A program made the translations under genes and the position numbers. 15,472 bases of DNA from Candidatus Bathyarchaeota archaeon B26-1. GTDB taxonomy: Archaea > Thermoproteota > Bathyarchaeia > Bathyarchaeales > B26-1. Shown here in pieces: positions 6,685 to 13,762 of this stretch (its first letter is position 1; every line of letters starts with the position of its first letter). Location of the stretch: assembly GCA_001593925.1 (NCBI GenBank), contig LUCD01000039.1, positions 1-15,472 on the forward strand. Direction: 5' to 3'. The notes under the pieces were generated by a model. The model did no database searches. It had not been told where the DNA came from and saw nothing but the letters and a program-made list of their open reading frames with translations.

Positions 6685-6918
6685 CTTTCGGTCAAGATAA
6701 TCTAATGGGTTCCTCTTATCTTTAAATTTTTTGCGGGCTTGGCACACGGTAGCCGGGATCGAGGCCGATGTCTCCCCTTAACATGTCAGAACGCGCCAAT
6801 TTTGGAGCTCTCTCTATCCAAAAGGAGTAGACCCCTCTATATTTTTTGCCTCCGCGGCTCCAGATTCGGCCTTCTTGGGACACCTCTCTGGAAGGGTTGA
6901 AGCGACGGGCCTCATCCA

Positions 6919-6926
6919 TTTATAAA
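6919..6926 (+). promoter_or_regulatory. TATA box TTTATAAA for the ureohydrolase gene
   Basis: A perfect archaeal TATA consensus sits about 25 nt upstream of an in-frame GTG (6951). It lies inside the long ORF from the track (6846..), which argues that the N-terminal 35 codons of that ORF are not translated. Confidence 0.45.
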
Positions 6927-6950
6927 CGTGGGGGGAGAATTACCTTAGAG

Positions 6951-7898
6951 GTGCGGGTTAGGAGGTTCAGGGAGATTACCTACCGGGAGCTCTTTGTATC
7001 TCCACCTTTGAAGTTCGGTGGGGTTCAGAGGACCTACGGAGAAGCAGACTACGTAGTCTTGGGCGTCCCCTTCGACGTTACGAGCACGTATCGGGTAGGT
7101 GCAAGGTTCGCCCCCCAAGCTGTTCGGGAGGCCTCCCTCAACATCGAGACCTACAGCTTCCGGTCCGGAATAGACTTTGAGAACCTGTCGATCCATGACC
7201 TCGGAGATTTAGACGTAACCGGCTCTGCTGAAGAGACCTTGAAGCGTCTGGAGTTCGTAGTGGGGGAGATACTGGATTCGGGGAAAGTCCCAGTCATGAT
7301 AGGAGGGGAGCACACCATAACCTTGGGGGCCGTGAAGGCTTTGCGGGCCGCACTTGGCTCCGGAGGGAGATTAGCTGTCCTGAGCTTCGACGCCCATCTG
7401 GACCTAAGGGACGAGTACATGGGTTGGAGGGTGTCCCACACAACCTTCATGCGTAGGATAGACGAGGAGGTTAAACCCAAGATCGTTGAGGTCGGCGTCC
7501 GAGCTGCCTGCAGAGAAGAGGTGAGGTACGCGGAGGACTCCGGAATCCACGTCTTCACGTCCATGGAGGTCCTGAGAAGAGGCCCCGAAGATGTTGTGGA
7601 GAGGGTTAGAGGCCTACTTGAAGGCTGCGACTCTATCTACTTGACTGTTGACATGGATGTTCTGGACCCCGCTTTCGCCCCCGCCGTTCAGAACCCCGAG
7701 CCGGAAGGCCTGACGATGCACACCCTCCTCGAGGCCCTATCTGGAATTTGCGACCGGAGGATTGCCGCCTTCGACGTCGTGGAGGTCGCCCCAAACTACG
7801 ATGAAGGAGTAACAGCTATAGGAGCCGCGAAGATCATATTCGAGGTCCTATGCTGTTTGGAGAGAAGACGCCGGGCTGAAACCCAACGTTGCTCATAG
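6951..7898 (+). CDS. agmatinase/arginase-family ureohydrolase; start uncertain (GTG 6951 or TTG 7008)
   Basis: Ureohydrolase hallmarks are present: GVPFD, GGEHTIT, SFDAHLDL and TVDMDVLDPAFAP (binuclear-Mn ligands). The N-terminus of homologs usually lies 20 to 30 aa before GVPFD. The TATA at 6919 supports a start near 6951. Confidence 0.8.
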   Translation: MRVRRFREITYRELFVSPPLKFGGVQRTYGEADYVVLGVPFDVTSTYRVGARFAPQAVREASLNIETYSFRSGIDFENLSIHDLGDLDVTGSAEETLKRLEFVVGEILDSGKVPVMIGGEHTITLGAVKALRAALGSGGRLAVLSFDAHLDLRDEYMGWRVSHTTFMRRIDEEVKPKIVEVGVRAACREEVRYAEDSGIHVFTSMEVLRRGPEDVVERVRGLLEGCDSIYLTVDMDVLDPAFAPAVQNPEPEGLTMHTLLEALSGICDRRIAAFDVVEVAPNYDEGVTAIGAAKIIFEVLCCLERRRRAETQRCS

Positions 7899-7930
7899 AT
7901 TCATACAAGTTTAGATAGTCTGCACATTAT

Positions 7931-7939
7931 TTTTATATA
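7931..7939 (+). promoter_or_regulatory. TATA-like TTTTATATA upstream of the ECF transporter operon
   Basis: AT-rich element about 100 nt upstream of the TTG start at 8036. It also lies in the T-rich tail after the ureohydrolase stop. Confidence 0.35.
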
Positions 7940-8035
7940 CTTCCTTAATTCTTCAAGGATGAAGGCTCTAGGGGAAGCGAAGGCGATTTATCGTCCCGTT
8001 TCGGGCATACGGCACGCGGGGTGTGGCTGTAAGTC

Positions 8036-9796
8036 TTGGAGATCATCAAGACGGAGAACCTGACGTATACCTATCCGATCGGGGAGAAGCCGGCCTTCAG
8101 CAACGTATCCATAACCATCAATAAGGGGGAGTTCGTCCTCCTGACGGGTCCCAGCGGATGTGGCAAGACGACCCTCTGCCGATGCTTCAACGGGCTTATC
8201 CCCCACTTCTACAACGGAACGTTGGAGGGTAAGATCACGGTGGCCGGCATGGACGTGACCGAACACCCCATCCACGAGTTCGCACAGCACGTCGGACTCG
8301 TCTTCCAGAACCCGGAGAACCAGCTCTTCGCCCTCTCCGTCGAGAAAGACGTCGCCTTCGCCCTAGAAAACTTGGGGCTTCCAAGGGAGGAGATAAGGAG
8401 GAGGGTTGACTGGGCTCTTGAGGTTACGGGCATAACGGACCTCAAGGATAGGGCTCCCTACGAGCTGAGCGGAGGCCAGCAGCAGCGCGTCGCGATCGCC
8501 TCCGTCTTAGCCATGAAGCCGGATGTCATAGTCCTAGACGAGCCCACATCGTTCCTAGACCCTCTGAGCGCCAAGAAGATATTCGATGTCATAGGCGGTC
8601 TGAACAGGGGGCTGGGCATAACGATCATCCTAGTCGAGCACCGTTTAGACCTAGCCGCCCGCTACGCAGACCGGATAATAGTTATGGACGAGGGTAAGAT
8701 AATTCTGGATGGTAAGCCTAGGGAGGTCTTCAGCTCGGAGGAGGCTAGGCTGGTAGGTGTGGGTATACCTAGAGCAACCCGGCTCTATCAGGTTCTCAAG
8801 GGTATGGGCCTCGACTTGGGCGGCGTCCCCATAACCTCTGAGGAGGCCTCCAAGATGGTGAGGGAGGTCCTCACCCGCAGAGCTCCAAGCAAAAACCCTT
8901 TGGGAAGACGTGAGGCGGGTACGCAGGTTCTTCCAGCCGGGAAAGCAGGGTCGAAAACCGTGATCGAGGTCGAAGACGTGTACTATACGTATCCTAATGG
9001 CGTTGAAGCCTTGAGGGGGGTCTCTCTGAGGGTTCGTGAAGGCGAGTTCGTCGCCATAATGGGGCAGAACGGGGCTGGCAAGACGACGTTGGTCAAGCAT
9101 TTCAACGGGTTGCTGAAGCCTACGAGGGGGCGGGTCTTGATCGACGGTGTTGAAACGAGAGGTGTAAGCGTTGCGAGGCTCGCCAGAAAGGTTGGGTTCG
9201 TCTTCCAGAACCCTGACCACCAGCTCTTCTGCGAGACCGTTGAGAAGGAGGTGGCCTTCGCCCTAAAGAACTTCGGATTCGACGAGGAGACTACGAGGAA
9301 ACGTGTTGACTGGGCTCTTAACATACTCGACTTGACGGAGTACCGCGATGTCTCGCCCTTCATGCTCAGTGGAGGTGAGAGGAAGCGTGTCGCTCTGGCC
9401 TCGGTCTTGGCGTGGGACCCCGAGGTACTCATCCTTGACGAGCCTACGATAGGCCAAGACTACAGGCAGAAGGAGAGGCTCATGAACTTCATCATGCAGC
9501 TCAACGCGCAGGGGAAGACCGTGATAATAGTGACGCATGACGTAGAGTTCGTGGCGGAGTGCAAGCCGAGGGTCATCTTGATGGCTGAGGGGAAGATTCT
9601 AGCCGACGGGGACCCCCACAAAGTCCTAACCGACCTGAACCTGCTGGAACGTGCCTCCCTGACGCCTCCCGAAGCCTCCCAGATATTGGAGGGGCTAAAG
9701 GATGTTGGGCTCGACGGCGAGGCTATAGATGTCTACGAGGTTAGCAGGCTGATCATGGAGAGGTTCAAGAGCGCCTCAGGGGTGGAAAATCCGTGA
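8036..9796 (+). CDS. ECF-type (cobalt/vitamin energy-coupling factor) ABC transporter ATPase with two fused ATP-binding domains (EcfA1-EcfA2 fusion)
   Basis: Two complete ABC cassettes: Walker A GPSGCGKTT and GQNGAGKTT, signatures LSGGQQQRVAIA and LSGGERKRVALA, Walker B VIVLDEPTS and VLILDEPTI, H-loops VEHR and VTHD. Each half has the EcfA-type Q-helix FQNPENQLF / FQNPDHQLF. TTG start. An in-frame TAA lies at 8030. Confidence 0.88.
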   Translation: MEIIKTENLTYTYPIGEKPAFSNVSITINKGEFVLLTGPSGCGKTTLCRCFNGLIPHFYNGTLEGKITVAGMDVTEHPIHEFAQHVGLVFQNPENQLFALSVEKDVAFALENLGLPREEIRRRVDWALEVTGITDLKDRAPYELSGGQQQRVAIASVLAMKPDVIVLDEPTSFLDPLSAKKIFDVIGGLNRGLGITIILVEHRLDLAARYADRIIVMDEGKIILDGKPREVFSSEEARLVGVGIPRATRLYQVLKGMGLDLGGVPITSEEASKMVREVLTRRAPSKNPLGRREAGTQVLPAGKAGSKTVIEVEDVYYTYPNGVEALRGVSLRVREGEFVAIMGQNGAGKTTLVKHFNGLLKPTRGRVLIDGVETRGVSVARLARKVGFVFQNPDHQLFCETVEKEVAFALKNFGFDEETTRKRVDWALNILDLTEYRDVSPFMLSGGERKRVALASVLAWDPEVLILDEPTIGQDYRQKERLMNFIMQLNAQGKTVIIVTHDVEFVAECKPRVILMAEGKILADGDPHKVLTDLNLLERASLTPPEASQILEGLKDVGLDGEAIDVYEVSRLIMERFKSASGVENP

Positions 9797-10566
9797 GCAT
9801 GTTCGACGGCTTCAAGTTCAGGAAGGTTTCGTCTCCAATTCATAGGCTTGACCCTAGGGTGAAGTTCCTTTATGTCTGCGTAACCTTCACAGTCGCCGTT
9901 CTCTTCATCCAGCTGATACCCCTCCTCTTGCTCTTTCTGATCCAGTTACCCATGATCTTAGCGGCTCGCGTTCAGAGGGAGTGGATGAGGTCCATGAAGG
10001 GTTCAGCCTTCTTCGCGGCTCTGATCTTCGTCATGAACGCTCTATCCCTCTACTTTTACGGGAGCTTCGACTCGGTCTTCTCCGTGATTGAAAGGTCCCT
10101 AGCTGTGACCGTACGGTTCCTAGTTCTCATCGCATCCTTCTCCGTCTTCTTCCTGACGACGTCTCCTGACCATCTGGGGCTGGCCCTAGAGCAGAGCGGA
10201 ATCCCCTACGATGTCTGCTTCGCATTCACGACCGCCGTCAGGTTCGTCCCTGTCTTGGCTGAGGAGGCCCAGACGATCATAGACGCCCAGAGGGCTAGGG
10301 GCCTCGAGCTAGAGAAGGGGAACTTCATGAGTAGGGTGCGGAAATACATACCGATCCTGATTCCACTGATAGTTAGCGCGATCCGGAGGAGCCTCGAGCT
10401 CGCGGAGGCTATGGAGTCTAGGGCTTGGGGAGCAAACCCTAAACGTACCAGCCTGTACGTCCTAAAGATCGGTCGGGGAGACTACTATCTCCTAGCCGCC
10501 TCCATACTCATGCTGGCAATATCCCTTTACGTGTGGTTCTACGTTCCCGTACCTTCCCTCTCGTAA
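9793..10566 (+). CDS. ecfT: ECF transporter transmembrane T component (EcfT/CbiQ family)
   Basis: The GTG start overlaps the upstream stop (GTGA); the ATG at 9799 is an alternative start. The protein is polytopic, with the EcfT coupling motifs AQRARGLE and RRSLELAEAMESRA (Ala-Arg-Gly/Ser type) that bind the ATPases. Confidence 0.8.
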   Translation: MSMFDGFKFRKVSSPIHRLDPRVKFLYVCVTFTVAVLFIQLIPLLLLFLIQLPMILAARVQREWMRSMKGSAFFAALIFVMNALSLYFYGSFDSVFSVIERSLAVTVRFLVLIASFSVFFLTTSPDHLGLALEQSGIPYDVCFAFTTAVRFVPVLAEEAQTIIDAQRARGLELEKGNFMSRVRKYIPILIPLIVSAIRRSLELAEAMESRAWGANPKRTSLYVLKIGRGDYYLLAASILMLAISLYVWFYVPVPSLS

Positions 10567-10634
10567 CTCCTCAGCCTTAAGCAAAAGGTATTTCTTGACG
10601 GCCACTGATATTATTGGAAGAGGGATGACTCGTC

Positions 10635-10841
10635 ATGCCTTACTGTCCAGAATGTGGCGGTGAACTCCATTACATAACGGTAACTAAACGTTACGTATGT
10701 AAGAGCTGCGGGCTCACCTTAACTCATCAAGAACTCATCGAGATGAAGCAGAAATTGAGGCCTTCGGTCGAGTCCGAGGAGGAGAGGAGGAAGAGGCTCC
10801 ATAAAGAATACCTCAAATGGTGGTTCTCAAAGAAGAGGTGA
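10635..10841 (+). CDS. small zinc-ribbon protein with a basic helical tail, 68 aa
   Basis: CPECGGEL-x11-CKSCG is a four-Cys ribbon. It is followed by a charged helix, EEERRKRLHKEYLKWWFSKKR. The gene sits on the same strand between ecfT and the CinA-like gene. I recognise no family. Confidence 0.5.
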   Translation: MPYCPECGGELHYITVTKRYVCKSCGLTLTHQELIEMKQKLRPSVESEEERRKRLHKEYLKWWFSKKR

Positions 10842-10868
10842 AAAGTATAGATCGTAGGAGGGTTCTTT

Positions 10869-11687
10869 TTGGTCTCCAACGTCGAGATAATCTGCGTCGG
10901 AAACGAACTCTTGATAGGCAAGACTTTGAACACGAACGCTCACTGGCTCGCCAAGAAGGTTACAACCCTCGGGTTAGCAGTTAAGAGGATAACAGTTGTG
11001 GGAGACGACGTGGAAGAGATAGCTCAAGCCGTCAGGGAGGCCATCCAACGTAAACCAGCATTCATAATCACTACGGGAGGGCTTGGACCCACCTTCGACG
11101 ACAAAACCTTAGAGGGGGTAGCCGAGGCTCTGGGACGAAGGTTAGAGAGGAACGAGGAGGCCCTCAAGATGGTTGAGGAGAAGTATAAGCAGTACGCAGC
11201 TGAGGGGCGTATAGACCGCTTCGAGATGACCCCCCACCGCGTTAAGATGGCTACCCTCCCAGAAGGCTCGAGGCCCCTGAGGAACCCCGTCGGAACGGCT
11301 CCGGGAGTCATAACCGAATGCGAAGGAGTCGTCCTAGTCATGTTGCCAGGCGTCCCCCAAGAGATGATGGCGATCTTCGAGGAGTCGGTTGAGCCTCTGC
11401 TCCGTAAGGCCGCCGGAAACCTCACATTCTACGAGGCAAGCGTGGAGGTTTGGGGAATCCCCGAATCAACCCTCGCGCCTCTAATCGACAAAGCTATGCG
11501 CGACAACCCATACGTCTACATAAAGTCGCATCCGAAGGCGGCTGAGGGAACACCTCACATAGAACTCCACATCTCAACGACCTCCGAGAAGCCTGGAGAT
11601 GCCCGTAGGAGGATCAGCAAGGCTGTTATGCAGATGTCCGAGATGATTCAACGGGAAGGCGGAAGGATAAGGCCGCGTAGGGTCTGA
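10869..11687 (+). CDS. CinA-like / MoaB-MogA-fold molybdopterin-binding-domain protein (archaeal CinA N-domain homolog with a C-terminal extension)
   Basis: VEIICVGNELLIGKTLNTNAHWLAKK...ITTGGLGPTFDDKTLEGVAEALGRRL...NPVGTAPGV...LPGVPQEM aligns closely with the CinA N-terminal domain (EIIAVGTELLLGQIVNTNA...TTGGLGPTEDD...NPVGTAPG...LPGPP). TTG start. Confidence 0.8.
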   Translation: MVSNVEIICVGNELLIGKTLNTNAHWLAKKVTTLGLAVKRITVVGDDVEEIAQAVREAIQRKPAFIITTGGLGPTFDDKTLEGVAEALGRRLERNEEALKMVEEKYKQYAAEGRIDRFEMTPHRVKMATLPEGSRPLRNPVGTAPGVITECEGVVLVMLPGVPQEMMAIFEESVEPLLRKAAGNLTFYEASVEVWGIPESTLAPLIDKAMRDNPYVYIKSHPKAAEGTPHIELHISTTSEKPGDARRRISKAVMQMSEMIQREGGRIRPRRV

Positions 11688-11833
11688 ACGGGCAACGCGC
11701 CGTCACGCTGAAACTGTCTGAGAGAAAAACCTTTCTTCCTCCCATACAAAATTTTTAGTGGTTGCTATGAGGCCGGCAGGCTAGACGATGAGGCAACGAT
11801 GATTTGAGACCCGGGTTCCTGAGCAACCGTCCC

Positions 11834-11841
11834 CTTTATAT
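11834..11841 (+). promoter_or_regulatory. TATA-like CTTTATAT upstream of the GPN GTPase gene
   Basis: It lies about 28 nt before the TTG at 11870, which would make that start leaderless. If translation begins at the in-frame GTG 11897 instead, the leader is about 30 nt. Confidence 0.4.
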
Positions 11842-11869
11842 CTCTCGGCTGTGAACCTCTCTTCGGAGA

Positions 11870-12658
11870 TTGTCGGGGTGGAGGGCTGAGAGAACCGTGT
11901 TCATAGTCTTCTTCGTGGGAACGGCTGGCTCCGGGAAGTCTCTCCTCACGGCCTCCTTCTCCGAGTGGCTGAGGATCGAGGAGCAGAAGGTTGCGACCCT
12001 AAACTTGGACCCTGGAGCGACGAGGCTCCCCTACACCCCGGATGTGGATGTCCGCGACTACATCCGGGTGGAGGAGATCATGGACAAGTATGGTCTAGGA
12101 CCTAACGGCGCGCTCATCTTGGCGGCTGACCTCATAGCCGACGAGGCCAGCAGGCTGGGGACGGAGCTGAGCGAACTCAACCCGGACATAGTTTTGGTGG
12201 ACACGCCTGGGCAGATGGAGCTCTTCGCCTTCAGGGCGAGCGGGCCTTACATAGCTAAGGAGCTAACTGAAGGCCCGGAGGCGATCGTGTACCTCTTCGA
12301 CTCGGTCTTCTCGACAGACCCCCTAAACTACGTCTCGAACATGTTCCTGTCGGCGGCCATCTACACCCGGTTCTTCCTGCCGCAGGTTCACGTCCTCTCG
12401 AAGTGCGATCTACTTCCCAAAGACGAGGTTGACCGCATCCTCAGATGGGCTGAGGACGTCTCGGAGCTCGAGGCGGCGATCGACGAGAGGCTGAGGGGGA
12501 CTAGGCGTCTTCTAAGCCAAGGCTTGAGCCAAGCGATATATCAGCTCGACTTGAACTTTGAGCTGATTCAGGTCTCAGCCATGACGAATGAGGGTATGAG
12601 TAACCTGAATGCGTCTCTGGAGCGTGTCTTCACTGGAGGAGAGAAGTTCACGTACTGA
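11870..12658 (+). CDS. GPN-loop GTPase (archaeal PAB0955/Npa3-XAB1 family); start is TTG 11870 or GTG 11897
   Basis: P-loop VGTAGSGKS. The diagnostic GPN motif is present in EIMDKYGLGPNGALI. Also present are DTPGQMELF (switch II-like) and SKCD (the NKxD equivalent). The N-terminus MFIVFFVGTAGSGKS from 11897 resembles Pyrococcus PAB0955. Confidence 0.85.
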   Translation: MSGWRAERTVFIVFFVGTAGSGKSLLTASFSEWLRIEEQKVATLNLDPGATRLPYTPDVDVRDYIRVEEIMDKYGLGPNGALILAADLIADEASRLGTELSELNPDIVLVDTPGQMELFAFRASGPYIAKELTEGPEAIVYLFDSVFSTDPLNYVSNMFLSAAIYTRFFLPQVHVLSKCDLLPKDEVDRILRWAEDVSELEAAIDERLRGTRRLLSQGLSQAIYQLDLNFELIQVSAMTNEGMSNLNASLERVFTGGEKFTY

Positions 12659-12668
12659 CCGGGAAGAA

Positions 12669-12687
12669 AAACTTTTCTTTCGGCTTT
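12669..12687. terminator. T-rich tract (aacttttctttcggcttt) between convergent genes
   Basis: Pyrimidine/T-rich run immediately after the GPN GTPase stop, overlapping the stop of the convergent minus-strand gene. It is typical of an archaeal intrinsic terminator. Confidence 0.35.
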
Positions 12688-13222
12688 AAGAAGCGTACAC
12701 TACTCCTCCGAGCCTCTCCTCCCTCTCTGCAGCCGCGACGGGAGCCCTCTCCTCCACTCTGGCCGGGCTTATCCTCAGCCCCACATATCCAGCTATGAAG
12801 GCTGAGACGGGCTCGAAGGAGTATAAGATGACATCGTGTATTTGGGGAATCCAGTGCGTGTTGTAGGGTTCACCCGCCATGGCGAATGTTCCTAAAACCA
12901 AGCCTCCTAAGATTCCGTTTGCGAAGAGGTAGACAGTGAAGGCTACGATCAGGGCGTCCTTGATCTCCCGCACCCTGTATATGTATATGACGAAGATGGC
13001 GGAGGCGAAGGACGGCAGAAAGTACAGGTTTACCTCTGGGGGTGAAAGGATGAAGATCATAACTGAGATGAGCGCGCCGAAGACTCCCGCACTTAAATCC
13101 TTCATAACCAAGTTCATGCCTACGGGCCTGAACTTGATGCGGGTTCCACAGTTAGGGCAGAACCTAAGATTCTCATCTTTAGGTAACGGGGTCCCACATC
13201 TTGGGCAACGGGGCATCAACAA
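12686..13222 (-). CDS. membrane protein with an N-terminal zinc ribbon, 178 aa
   Basis: CPRCGTPLPKDENLRFCPNCG ribbon followed by about 4 hydrophobic helices. The palindromic TATA GTTTATAAATAC at 13249-13258 sits about 27 nt upstream of the ATG, giving a leaderless start. Confidence 0.6.
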   Translation of the reverse strand: MLMPRCPRCGTPLPKDENLRFCPNCGTRIKFRPVGMNLVMKDLSAGVFGALISVMIFILSPPEVNLYFLPSFASAIFVIYIYRVREIKDALIVAFTVYLFANGILGGLVLGTFAMAGEPYNTHWIPQIHDVILYSFEPVSAFIAGYVGLRISPARVEERAPVAAAEREERLGGVVYAS

Positions 13223-13248
13223 CCACCAACCTAACTAAATCTAAAGAC

Positions 13249-13258
13249 GTTTATAAAT
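13249..13258 (-). promoter_or_regulatory. TATA box (TTTATAAA core) for the minus-strand gene starting at 13222
   Basis: Perfect TATA consensus at the spacing expected for a leaderless transcript. Confidence 0.5.
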
Positions 13259-13406
13259 ACTTCCCGGAGGGTAATCGGCGTGTTCTCTTTTCTACACTTA
13301 GGCAGAAACGGATGCCCGGTTAAAACGAAACATTAATGTAGCCGCTCCACGCATATTAAAGGATGTGTGCTCTTCTGAGCATACAAGATATGGTAGAAAA
13401 TGACGG

Positions 13407-13622
13407 ATGCCTAAAAGAAGTGGAGGCCACGTCTTGTCTTCGATACAAGATTATATGATACACCGTTTCATCAAGGAGAGGAACGGTAAAGCCACTCTAG
13501 AGGAGATACTCAAGGCTCTAAGCAAGAGCAAAGAGGACGAGCGGCTTATAAACGAGAAGATACGCATGATGGAACGTTTCGGCATGATCACGGTCAAAGG
13601 AAACGTTGTAACCATAAAGTGA
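13407..13622 (+). CDS. small winged-helix-like putative DNA-binding protein, 71 aa
   Basis: KATLEEILKALSKSKEDERLINEKIRMMERFGMITVKGNVVTI is the helix-turn-helix plus beta-hairpin wing pattern of small archaeal wHTH regulators. A TATA-like ATATTAAA lies at 13353-13360. An internal ATG at 13455 is an alternative start. Confidence 0.5.
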   Translation: MPKRSGGHVLSSIQDYMIHRFIKERNGKATLEEILKALSKSKEDERLINEKIRMMERFGMITVKGNVVTIK

Positions 13623-13762
13623 CACCGAGAAGACAGCTCAGAACGCGTTTTCATCCTTAACCGGGCCTAGGAAAACCGTCTCCAAACGCCACGCTTACTG
13701 TGAAATCTTTTTATCTCGAGAAGGAGCCAGAAGTCTTAGGAGCTTCGTAGGCGTGCGGTTTG

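Noticed and set aside
6608-6705. The 3' part of ORF 6421..6705 as a real protein-coding segment
   Set aside because: It is simply the antisense of tRNA-Phe, which is itself well supported. Only the 5' 62 codons are of interest, as a possible int(N) scar (see findings).
8209-9538. Antisense ORFs (8209..8445, 8651..9220, 8983..9432, 9263..9538, all minus) inside the ECF ATPase gene
   Set aside because: The sense strand has two complete Walker A/B plus signature cassettes. The antisense frames are low-complexity shadow ORFs.
11760-11830. Calling the stem-flanked element a confident C/D box sRNA
   Set aside because: The C and C' boxes match RUGAUGA at only 5 of 7 positions, and at ~70 nt the spacing is long for archaeal C/D RNAs. 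I kept it only as a low-interest candidate.
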